Source: Phyllobates terribilis (Eukaryota). Taken from it: 64,000 nucleotides of DNA. The position numbers and the translations under genes are program-made. This document shows, piece after piece, positions 39,565 to 50,736 of the stretch. Positions within the stretch are counted from its first letter, which is position 1. Every line of letters starts with the position of its first letter. Location of the stretch: the NCBI RefSeq assembly GCF_046119375.1, contig NW_027362761.1, forward strand, positions 890,382,001 to 890,446,000, written 5' to 3'. The notes beneath the pieces are model-generated. The model was not told the origin of the DNA. It was given only the letters and a program-made list of their open reading frames with translations, and searched no databases.

Positions 39565-39839
39565 TTAAAGCGCTGGACAGGAATGTAAGATGTGATGTGG
39601 GCAGTAGCATGCAGGGGAGAGGGATGAAGCCATGTCATCCTAAATTCATTCCATTGTGCGCTGTACTCAGCAGTGTCATGGAGAGCGGCTAAAATTATTT
39701 TGTGTTTTCAAAATAGCTGATGCCCTTGCATTAGAACTATTATTCCTCATTTCATTGTAATTTTTGTGGGCATGGTTATTTATATATGTATAGGCTACAG
39801 TCATGGTCCTGGGACAAGGACTCTGCTTGGGATGAGCTA

Positions 39840-41489
39840 CAGTCATATGAAAAAGTTTGGGCACCCCTATTAATCTTAAGCTTAATGTTTTATAAAAATT
39901 GGTGTTTTTGCAACAGCTATTTCAGTTTGATATATGTAATAACTGTTGGACACAGTAATGTTTCTGCCTTGAAATGAGGTTTATTGTACTAACAGAAAAT
40001 GTGCAATCTGCATTCAAACAAAATTTGAAAGGTGCATAAGTATGGGCACCCTTATCATTTTCTTGTTTTAAATACTCCTACCTACTTTTTACTGACTTAC
40101 TAAAGCACTTTTTTTGGTTTTGTAACCTCATGGAGCTTTGAACTTTATAGCCAGGTGTATGCAATCATGAGAAAAGCTACTTAAAGTGGCCACTTGCAAG
40201 TTGTTCTCCTGTTTGAATCTCCTCTGAAGAGTGGCATCATGTGCTCCTCAAAACAACTGTCAAATGATCTGAAAACAAAGATTATTCAACATAGTTGTTC
40301 AGGGGAAGCATACAAAAAGCTGTCTCAGAGATTTAACCTGTCAGTTTCCACTGTGAGGAACATAGTAAGGAAATGGAAGAACACAGGGACAGTTCTTGTT
40401 AAGGCCAGAAGTGGCAGGCCAAGAAAAACATCAGAAAGGCAGAGAAGAAGAATGGTGAGATCAGTCAAGGACAATCCTCAGACCACCTCCAGAGAGCTGC
40501 AGCATCAACTTGCTGCAGATGGTGTCACTGTGCATCGGTCAACTATACAAGGCACTTTGCACAAGGAGAAGCTGTATGGGAGAGTGATGCGAAAGAAGCT
40601 GTTTCTGCAAGCACGCCACAAACAGAGTTGGCTGAGGTATGCAAAAGCACATTTGGAGAAGCCAATTTCTTTTTGGAAGAAGGTCCTGTGGACTGATGAA
40701 ATCATGATTGAGTTATTTGATCATACAAAAAGGCGTTATGCATGGTGGCAAAAAAACACAGCATTCCAAGAAAAACACTTGCTACCCACAGTAAAATTTG
40801 GTGGAGGTTCCATCATGCTTTGGGGCTGTGTGGTCAATGCTGGCACTGGGAATCTTGTTAAAGTTGAGGGACGCATGGATTCCACTCAGTATCAGCAGTT
40901 TCTTGACAATAGTGTTCAAGAATCAGTGATAAATATGAAGTTACAAAGTGGATGGATCTTTCAGCAAGACAATGATCCAAAACACCGCTCCAAATCTACT
41001 CAGGCATTCATGCAGAGGAACAACTACAATGTTCTGGAATGGCCATCCCAGTCCCCAGACCTGAATATCATTGAACATCTGTGGGATCATTTGAAGAGGG
41101 CTGTCCATGCTCGACGACCATCAAACTTAACTGAACTGGAATTGTTTTGTAAAGAGGAATGGTCAAAAATACCTTCATCCAGGATCCAGGAACTCATTAA
41201 AAGCTACAGGAAGCGACTAGAGGCTGTTATTTTTGCAAAAGGAGGATCTACTAACTATTAATGTCACTTTTCTGGTGAGGTGCCCATACTTATGCACCTG
41301 TCAAATTTTGTTTGAATGCAGATTGCACATTTTCTGTTAGTACAATGAACCTCATTTCAAGGCAGAAACATTACTGTATCCAACAGTTATTACATATATC
41401 AAACTGAAATAGCTGTTGCAAAAACACCAATTTTTATAGAACATTAAGCTTAAGATTAATAGGGGTGCCCAAACTTTTTCATATGACTG
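39840..41489 (+). mobile_element. Complete Tc1 (DD34E) transposon
   Basis: TA TSD; ~200-bp TIRs CAGTCATATGAAAAAGTTTGGGCACCCC; uninterrupted ORF. Confidence 0.97.
40239..41261 (+). CDS. Tc1 transposase, 340 aa, intact DD34E triad
   Basis: Paired-like HTH N-terminus; WTDE, QQDND and SPDLNIIE with 34 residues between D and E. Confidence 0.92.
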   Translation: MCSSKQLSNDLKTKIIQHSCSGEAYKKLSQRFNLSVSTVRNIVRKWKNTGTVLVKARSGRPRKTSERQRRRMVRSVKDNPQTTSRELQHQLAADGVTVHRSTIQGTLHKEKLYGRVMRKKLFLQARHKQSWLRYAKAHLEKPISFWKKVLWTDEIMIELFDHTKRRYAWWQKNTAFQEKHLLPTVKFGGGSIMLWGCVVNAGTGNLVKVEGRMDSTQYQQFLDNSVQESVINMKLQSGWIFQQDNDPKHRSKSTQAFMQRNNYNVLEWPSQSPDLNIIEHLWDHLKRAVHARRPSNLTELELFCKEEWSKIPSSRIQELIKSYRKRLEAVIFAKGGSTNY

Positions 41490-44400
41490 TATCTACTAGT
41501 CAGTTAGATATTAATTGAACAGCACAACATTGTTTCTCCTGGCATGCACACAGTTTACATCCAATAATAAAATGGCTTTGTTCATGATGACAGTGGCATT
41601 ACAAACAAAAAAGTTAACTTTATTCTTTCTGGGAGCCGTCGAATTTGAGTCAAAGAGGCGGTGCCCAGGGCAGCTTCAGTCACTGCTCACAGCACTGTGA
41701 ATGGCATCTCTGAGCACACCCCGGGATTTGAATGAAATCTAGCTCTGCACTTATACATTGTAGATCCAGCAGTCAATCAAAGGCATCGGCAATGGGGATA
41801 TGAATGGAGCAGCTTCAGTCATACTGTACTGTGAGTGGACGCTGCAATCACGCCCAGCACCTGGATTGGCAGCCAGCTCTGCAGCGTATCAGTGCTGAGC
41901 TGGCTGTCATTCCAGTCCTGGGGCGTACCTACAACTGCCACTCACAGAACTGTAAGCAGTGACTGAAGTCTCTCTGGGCATCTCCTGTATAACTGAAAGC
42001 TGGCGGCTCCAGGGAGGAATAAAGGTCATTTTCTTGCAGTAGTTGCACTTTTAGTAAGATGACTGGACAGCTTTATAATGCTATTTACTATCAACAGGTA
42101 AATAGCGTAATCTCAGGTGGCATGTTCCCCTTAAGTCACTCTTTTGTTTTTTTGATATTAGTTGATATTTTTTGCTCCAAATTTTTTTACATGGCATACG
42201 TGGTCCATCTTTTCAGAGCAAAATATTGAATGATCTGCTAAAATGTTGAAAAGTTTGCTGCAAAAATTCAGCTGCTTATAAAATCACTCTAAAGAGGAGA
42301 ATGGAGAACATTTGAGCAAAAAATTTTGCAAACTGAATAAGTACTAAATATAAGGTAACCCTAAACTTCGCCCACAATGGCAAACATTAAAACAAGGTGA
42401 ACACAAATAAAATGACTTTAAAAAAGATGCAAATTTAGACAAAAATAAGGCACAAATGAAAACAATACGAAAAAAAAAAAAAATTAGACAAAAAAAAATG
42501 CAGGCACAATAATGAATTGGGACCTATATGTTTACTGCACATTATATTTGCTCACTGTAAATACCAAAAACATTATCTGACTTAGATAAGAACTGAGGAC
42601 ATTTAATAAAACATTTATCATTAAGATCAGTAACCTTTTTCGTTCTACATAGGTCCTGTCTCTGCTAAGATTGTGCCTATAACAAAGTAGCACAAAGTAG
42701 AACGAAGCAGTGGTATTGAGAATAGGCCAACTAACGATAGCCACAATATAACTATCCTGTTATAATACGTCAATCTTTTCATATTTTCATATATACCATA
42801 AACTATACACACGCATGTTGTTGGTCTACATTAGATATCTGTAATGTTTATTGTTGCTTTAGGCTGAGTGAAATAAATGTAGACACATATAATCAGAGGG
42901 GCAAAATCAACAATTCCGCACCCAGAAGAAAGGTGAAGGCTTAAGCTCAGTTGTGTGCAAAAATGTCCCAATGTTCAATTATTTTTTTTTAAGATATTAT
43001 CATTATACAATCAACATTTTAGATTGTGATCGCATATAGTTGATTCATATCATTAATAATAATTAATCCAGCTGCTGTACAGAACTCATTGAACCTTGAA
43101 CCTACTGCCTAGTTTAAGACCATCGCATTCTTCTAGCCCTACCTACTGAAATTGAACCTTATGCGCAATCGACCTGAAGTCACAATGGCCGCAGCTACAC
43201 TATCTATGCAAGATGATTAACTTTTCTACAGTTAGGTTCTCAAATAGACACATCAATGAGGTCACTGAGCTTTCATAATATTTCACATATGCTTAAAAGG
43301 ATGGCAGGATAATCCGAACTCTCATCTATTTGTATACATTTAGATTAGTATTTGGCAATGAGTTGTGCCACATTGTAGCTAATGAATTTAAAGTTTCACA
43401 GTGAGATTAAAAAAAATATACTAGTTTAAACTATAATTGTGAAGATGGCACATTGTCTAGGCAAGGGGCTAAAATCCCTCCTCCATTATGTTTCATTAAA
43501 AGAGTAGGCTGGTTTTCACAATTCCAGTTCTGGTTGAAGATTTTATGATCCAGCTGATCATGTGGATCCAACGACTGAACAGTGAATGCCTGAATTATCT
43601 TTATGTAATATTTTTTTCTAGATTTGTTAAATATGTAATAAACACTTAAATCAATGGAGCGAGTCATCCTTCAGAACCAACATATACCCTGTACGCTAAA
43701 GGGAGGAGTCCAATTGCTGAATTTCTAGTCTATTATCTTATAATACAAATAGTATAATAAAGTATTAATTATAAAATAATCTAAAATATTGTCGTTTTCC
43801 CCCACACCTTAAAATTTTTAAATGCCATGGGCAGACGCAAGGGCAATGATATACAACTTTTATACAATTGCGACAACTGCCAATCTTTATTATGCCAAAG
43901 TGTTTAATGCAACCGTGGATTATGGCAGAATATATAATAAATATAATACAGTAAGAATTTCATTAACTATACTGTAGACCAATGTCTTACCTCATATGGT
44001 TGATCTATCCCTTGTAAAGCTATTAGGAATCTAGTTTCCACAGGGAATGAGATCAGTATAATGACTTGGGTTCTTGAGTGTCCTTCACTTCGTGTCCACG
44101 AATAGCTAAGATCAATGTGAAAATAAACTGCTCTGTCCTTGCCCTGTATTGTGCAGGATAATGAAGGCACAAGCCAGGTGGCAAGTGCTGTCCAGGTGGA
44201 GATCACAGCTTCATGTCCCAGTAATCACTTGCTACTTGCTTGTGTGATGTTGTCTGCCAGTGTCTAAGTACAGGGTGTGATGGTGATAGTCACAGGCTGT
44301 GCCCTCCCTCCCTCCTCTCCTGCTTCTGTGTCCTTTTTAACTAACTTTTCCCAGATGTAACTCCTCCTACCCTCAGTTCTGCATTGTAGACATATTCCCA

Positions 44401-44648
44401 CTGAATATGTGACTCTCTTATTCTGGATTTTTATACCAAAAACCTGTTTTGCAGCAAAGTACCAGGTAGAGCTGGTATGAGTATTTGATAATAACACACA
44501 CAGTGTTTTATGGTAAAACAAGACGGTATTTAATGATTGTTCTAGAAAGACGTGAACTCAATAAACAGACACTCAATTTCCAAGGTGACAAAGTGATATC
44601 AAGATATAGATATACTTTACACATGTAGTGAAGGATCATCTCAATATA

Positions 44649-45705
44649 CAGTGGGGAAAATAAGTATTTGATACACTGTCAATTTTGCAAGTTTTCCCAC
44701 CTAGAAAGAATGGAGAGGTCTGTATTTTTTATTGTAGGTACACTTCAACTGTGAGAGGCAGAAAATCACATTTGATGATTTTTACATTTAATTTGCATTT
44801 TCTTGCATGAAATAAGTATTTGATACAATAGGAAAACCGAACTTAATATTTGGTACCGAAACATTTGTTTGCAATGACAGAGGTCAGACATTTCCTGTAG
44901 TTCTTGACCAAGTTTGCACACTCTGTAGCAGAGATTTTGGCCCACTCCTCCATACAGATCTTCGCCAGATCTTTCAGGTTTCGGGGTTGATGCTGGGCAA
45001 CATTGAGTTTCAGCTCCCTTCAAAGATTTTCTATTGAGTTCAGGTCATGAGACTGGCTAGGCCACTCCAGGACCTTGAGATGTTTCTTACGGATCAGCTC
45101 CTTAGAAGCCCTGGCTGTGTGTTTCGGGTTATTGTCATACTGAAAGACCCAGCCATGACCCATCTTCAATGCTTTTATTCAGGGAAGGAGGTTGTTCCCC
45201 AAATCTTGCAATATATGACCCCATCCATCCTCCCTTCAATACAATACAATCCTCCTGTCCCCTTTGCAGAAAAGCACCTCCAAAGAATGATGTTTCCCCC
45301 ACCATGCTTCATGGTTGAAACTGTGTTCTTGGGGTTGTACTCATCCTTCTTCTTCCTCCAAACACGGAGTGTGAAGTTGATATAAAAACGTTACATTTTG
45401 GTCTCATCGGACCACATGACCTTGTCCCACGCCGGGGACCATTGGATGGTCATTGGCAAACTTCAAACAGGCCTGGACATGTGCTGGCATGAGCAGCGGG
45501 ACCTTGCATGCCCTGCAGGATTTTAGTCCATGACGGCATAGTGTGTTACTAACGGTAATGTTTTCAGACTGTGGTCCCAGCTCTCTTCAGGTCATTGACC
45601 AGATCCTCCGGCTTAGTTCTTAGATGATTTCTGACCTTTCTCAGAATCATCCTTACCCCATGAGGTGAGAACTAGCATGGAGCCCCAGAACAAGAAAGAT
45701 TGACA
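44649..45705 (-). mobile_element. Tc1 transposon, left part (3' of transposase); host of the PLE insertion
   Basis: TA|CAGTGGGGAAAATAAGTATT TIR; decayed transposase on the minus strand; ends in TSD CAAGAAAGATTGACA (45691-45705). Confidence 0.85.
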
Positions 45706-45771
45706 TACTATAGAGTAACCTCGGCACTCAAGAGTTCATTAAAGTAAAATTTTTAATGCAGTCAATAAATT

Positions 45772-45816
45772 AACAAAACATTTCGGTCAAACAGACCTTC
45801 ATCAGCACACTGTTGG
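45772..45816 (-). ncRNA. Hammerhead ribozyme core in the inverted pLTR
   Basis: Minus strand CTGATGA-A-GGTC(TGTTT)GACC-GAAA-TGTT. Confidence 0.6.
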
Positions 45817-46492
45817 ACATAAATAAAAGAAAATAACGTAAGAGGAACCAAAAGAAAACATAAAGAAAATATCAATTAAAATGAACAGAACATGGACACA
45901 AATTAGGTAACACCTACCAGACTGCTTGTGGGAGCTAAAGTATAGATGCAGAGGAAGAGGACTCAGTGTCTCAAATAGCGTAAATCTATATGGGTAGCAG
46001 AAATGTGAGGCTTAGTTTACATGTAATGTGGCTGCATGTCCAAGCAGTAGTGTAGGAATGGCATACCTTGGATAGGAGTACGTATCTGGAGCTGGCAGGG
46101 AACGCGGTATCCACCGCTAGTTCCTGATGCTGTGTGAGTGATAGTGGGAGGGTCCCTAGTTAAAGGAGAGTAGTGGGACAGCTGGTGAAGTCCGGCCAAT
46201 CACCGCAAAGCGGCAATATGCCAACCGTGCTTGGCCAGAAATACCCGCGTGACGTCACGGGAAGTGACGTATCGCTAGTGAAGTGTATGCGTTCAAAGCG
46301 CTCAGAGATTGCGTTCCACAGGGCCTAAAGTGAGCGTGCCTGACCCTGGAGACATGCGTTCCACAGGCTGGAAGCATGTATATGTCGGGGCATGGTTAGA
46401 GATAGGTGAATCCACAGGCTGGAGGCATGTATATGTCGGGGCATAGCTAGAGATGGGAGAATCCCTGAGGGAGGGACCAGAGGATGGTATAT

Positions 46493-47078
46493 GGCTATGT
46501 GCCCACGATGCAGAAATGAAGCAGAAAATTTCTGCAGCATTTCTGCATCTCCCTGGCAGAAAAAACGCATGCAGATTGTGCATGCGTTTTTCCTGCAGAA
46601 TACATGCGGATCCACATGCGGATTCACATGCGTTTCCGCATGTAGATTGACAAGCGCTTTCCAGGCGATAGCATCACTTGGAAAGTGCTTGACAACTAGG
46701 TCACACTGTATAAATCCATGCAAACAGCATGGATTTATACAGTGTGAACCGTAAAAAATAAAACAAATAAAGCTATACTCACCCCCGAGGCCCCGGGGTG
46801 GCTGCAGCGCTGCTTCCTGGCTGGTTCCCGGCTGCCGGCATATCGCGAGACACAGCGGTGAAGGGCCTGCAGTCACATGACTGTTTCGTCACCGAAGGTC
46901 CTTCAGCGCTGCTGGCATTCAAAGAGAAGCCTTCGGAAAGGTGAGTATAAAATTTATTTGTTATTTTATTCTTTTTTTACAGGTACAATGGTACCCAGGT
47001 CTGGATGAGAGTCTCCTCTCCTCCAGAACTGGGTACCATCCGCACATAGAGACGCATAGAAGCCGCTTGTAAAAATGT
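46493..47078. mobile_element. Fragment of a Harbinger-like MITE between the inverted and direct pLTRs
   Basis: Starts GGCTATGTGCCCACGAT, like the TIR at 32134; no matching right TIR seen. Confidence 0.5.
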
Positions 47079-47227
47079 GAATATGATTTGCTTTCCTTTC
47101 TGTAGGGCTTTATTTTTGTTCTGTATTGCCTTAGTCCCTATTACTCTATGTTGCAAATTATGTGAATTATGTAGCAGTTTTTTACACTATTATCAATGCC
47201 ACTGTTGACAGAACTCTGTCATATATA

Positions 47228-48856
47228 CAGTACAGACCAAAAGTTTGGACACACCTTCTCATGTAAAGATTTTTCTGTATTTTCATGACTATGAAAATTG
47301 TACATTCACACTGAAGGCATCAAAACTATGAATTAACACGTGTGGAATTATATACTTAAAAAAAAGTGTGAAACAACTGAAAATATGTCTTATATTCTAG
47401 GTTCTTCAAAGTAGCCACCTTTTGCTTTGATGACTGCTTTGCATACTCTTTGCATTCTCTTGATGAGCTTCAAGAAGTAGTCTCCGGAAATGGTTTTCAC
47501 TTCACAGGTGTGCCCTGTCAGGTTTAATAAGTGGGATTTCTTGCCTTATAAATGGGGTTGGGACCATCAATTGTGTTGTGCAGAAGTCAGGTGGATACAC
47601 AGCTGATAGTCCTACTGAACAGACTGTTAGAATTTGTATTATGGCAAGAAAAAAGCAGCTAAGTAAAGAAAAACGAGTGGCCATCATTACTTTAAGAAAT
47701 GAAGGTCAGTCAGTCCAAAAAATTGGGCAAACTTTGAAAGTGTCCCCAAGTGCAGTTGCAAAAACCATCAAGCGCTACAAAGAAACTGGCTCACATGAGG
47801 ACCACCCCAGGAAAGGAAGACCAAGAGTCACCTATGCTTCTGAGGATAAGTTTATCCGAGTCACCAGCCTCAGAAATCGCAGGTTAACAGCAGCTCAGAT
47901 TAGAGACCAGGTCAATGCCAAACAGAGTTCTAGCAGCAGACACATCTCTTCAACAACTGTTAAGAGGAGACTTTGTGCAGCAGGCCTTCATGGTAAAATA
48001 GCTGCTAGGAAACCACTGCTAAGGACAGGCAACAAACAGAAGAGACTTATTTGGGATAAAGAACACAAGGAATGGACATTAGACGAGTGGAAATCTGTGC
48101 TTTGGGCTGATGAGTCCAAATTTGAGATCTTTGGTTCCAACCACCGTGTCTTTGTGCGACGCAGAAAAGGTGAACGGATGGACTCTACATGCCTGGTTCC
48201 CACCGTGAAGCATGGAGGAGGAGGTGTGATGGTGTGGGGGTGCTTTGCTGGTGACACTGTTGGGGATTTATTCAAAATTGAAGGCATACTGAACCAGCAT
48301 GGCTACCACAGCATCTTGCAGCGGCATGCTCTTCCATCCGGTTTGCGTTTAGTTGGACCATCATTTATTTTTCAACAGGACAATGACCCCAAACACACCT
48401 CCAGGCTGTGTAAGGGCTATTTTACCAAGAAGGAGAGTGATGGGGTGCTACGCCAGATGACCTGGCCTCCACAGTCACCAGACCTGAACCCAATCGAGAT
48501 GGTTTGGGGTGAGCTGGACCGCAGAGTGAAGGCAAAATGGCCAACAAGTGCTAAGCATCTCTGGGAACTCCTTCAAGATAGCTGGAAGACCATTTCCGGT
48601 GACTACCTCTTGGTGCTCATCAAGAGAATGCCAAGAGTGTGCAAAGCAGTCATCAAAGCAAAAGGTGGCTACCTTGTAGAACCTAGAATATAAGACATAT
48701 TTTCATTTGTTTCACACTTTTTTGTTAAGTATATAATTCCACCTGTGCTAATTCATAGTTTTGATGCCTTCAGTGTGAATGTACAATTTTCATAGTCATG
48801 AAAATACAGAAAAATCTTCAAATGAGAAGGTGTGTCCAAACTTTTGGTCTGTACTG
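47228..48856 (+). mobile_element. Complete DD38E (Intruder-type) Tc1/mariner transposon inserted in the (TA)n of the 5' pLTR
   Basis: TA TSD; long TIRs CAGTACAGACCAAAAGTTTGGACACACC; flanks rejoin to match 53085-53120. Confidence 0.93.
47641..48693 (+). CDS. Transposase, 350 aa, DD38E
   Basis: Open ORF; WADE, QQDND...SPDLNPIE with 38 residues between D and E; stop lies inside the right TIR. Confidence 0.9.
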   Translation: MARKKQLSKEKRVAIITLRNEGQSVQKIGQTLKVSPSAVAKTIKRYKETGSHEDHPRKGRPRVTYASEDKFIRVTSLRNRRLTAAQIRDQVNAKQSSSSRHISSTTVKRRLCAAGLHGKIAARKPLLRTGNKQKRLIWDKEHKEWTLDEWKSVLWADESKFEIFGSNHRVFVRRRKGERMDSTCLVPTVKHGGGGVMVWGCFAGDTVGDLFKIEGILNQHGYHSILQRHALPSGLRLVGPSFIFQQDNDPKHTSRLCKGYFTKKESDGVLRQMTWPPQSPDLNPIEMVWGELDRRVKAKWPTSAKHLWELLQDSWKTISGDYLLVLIKRMPRVCKAVIKAKGGYLVEPRI

Positions 48857-49770
48857 TATATATACGTATATCTGCATGTCTAATCTATTTATTCTCAGTG
48901 GGTGTCTTACCGTACTGTTGTTAATACTGATGAGAAATTTTGTATACCATAGAAATTTTGTATACCATAATAATTTCTTCTTTCCCCTTCTCTCCCCCCT
49001 TTTTCCCCCTCCTCCTCCTGTTTTACAGATATACCATCTTCTGGTCCCTCCCTCAGGGATTCGCCCATCTCTGGCCATGCCCCGACATATACATGCTTCC
49101 AGCCTGTGGAACGCATGTCTCCAGGATCAGGCACGCTCACTTCCGGCCCTGTGGAACGCAATCTCTGAGCGCTTGGAATGCATACACCTCACTAGCGATA
49201 TGTCACTTCCCGTGACGTTACGCGGGTATTTCCAGCCAAGCGCGGCTAGCATATTGCCGCTTTGCAGTGATTGGCCGGACTTCACCAGCTGTCCCACTAC
49301 TCTCCTTTAACCAAGGACCCTCCCACTATCACTCACACAGCACCAGGAACTAGCGGTGGATACCGCGTTCCCTTCCAGCTCCAGATACGTACTCCTATCC
49401 AAGGTATGCCATTCCTACACTACTGCTTGGACAAGCAGCCACATTACATGTAAACTAAGCCTCAAATTTCTGCTCCCCATATAGATTTACGCTATTTGAG
49501 ACACTGAGTCCTCTTCCTCTGCATCTATACTTTGGCTCCCACAAGCAGTCTGGTAGGTGATAGCTAATTTATATTTTTGATCCATTGCATTTATCCGTGC
49601 CATTAGGTGGATGCTACTTTATCTCTCACAGATTTGACAACAGAACTTATGTATGTCAAATAGTCCTGTTCTGCCCTGTGGCCTCATTTGTGTCCATGTG
49701 CTCTTTAATTTAATTTATAATTTCTTTATGTTTTCTTTTGGTTCCTTACGTTATTTTCTTTTATTTATGT

Positions 49771-49816
49771 CCAACAGTGTACTGATGACAGTCTGTTTGA
49801 CCGAAACGTTTTGTTA
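49771..49816 (+). ncRNA. Hammerhead ribozyme core in the 5' pLTR
   Basis: CTGATGA (49782-49788), GTC-TGTTT-GAC stem II, GAAA (49803-49806), palindromic AACGTT; stem I imperfect. Confidence 0.6.
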
Positions 49817-49977
49817 ATTTATGGACTGCATTAAAAATTTTACTTTAATGAACTCTTGAGTGCCATGGTTGCTCTATAGCATAGTACGGGTTCGGCCCCT
49901 ACTCGAGCACCAGTGTCCAGCAGTGCAACGATTTTCTCTACTATTGTAATGCCATTCCACTTGCACGCTGTTGTGAA

Positions 49978-50736
49978 ATGACATCCATTACCTTCTCATA
50001 TAATGCGGATGAAGCCTCTACCATCCTTGCACAAGCCAGCATATCCAGTGATTTCTTGAGGGTCCCACCCAAAGAAACAAGGGGCCATGACCTAGAGATG
50101 GAACAGTGACACCTGATCAACATAGAGTTGCATTGCGCAACTCTAACCGAATACTTGAGGGTCCAACGGATCCCCAGGGGACTGAGGGCACCTATACGAC
50201 CTACTTTATTTTCCGACCTGCCAGAATACTGTAATAAGTTTGAGCAAATCCTAAATAAATGCTCATTTGATCTGATGACATTAACTGTTGACTTTTTGCA
50301 CAAGGCCATCATCTCTACGAAAGACCAGATCAAAAATATTGAATCACAACTCACATCATCCATTAGTCCAGAGGAGTGGCCTGCCCTTCAGAGTAAGATC
50401 AAGAGCAACATCGATCATCACAGAAAGGACACAGAATCCAGGAAAAGAAGCAAATTTCTAAGGGATATTGAGGACTACGAGCAGAATAGGGTTTATCGAT
50501 GGCAGAACAAATATTCTGTAGGGGGAAACCCACATCGATTTGCCAGATCATGTACCGAAATATCTTCCTCCGGCTCGGAGGCAGACAGGAGAGATCAATT
50601 TACCCCTTCTTCTCGTTTTTTAGGACAACAAAGGAGACGTCCATCAAGAAGAAGACGAGAAGAGGCGGGCAACATCAGAGGCAACACGGATTTCATCAGG
50701 GTGACCCGATCCCAGGCACAGCGCCCCTGGTGCTAA
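49978..50736 (+). pseudogene. PLE upstream ORF / N-terminal domain with one in-frame TGA at 50107
   Basis: EYLRVQRIPRGLR motif, helical middle, Arg/Ser-rich end; same frame either side of the stop. Confidence 0.7.
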
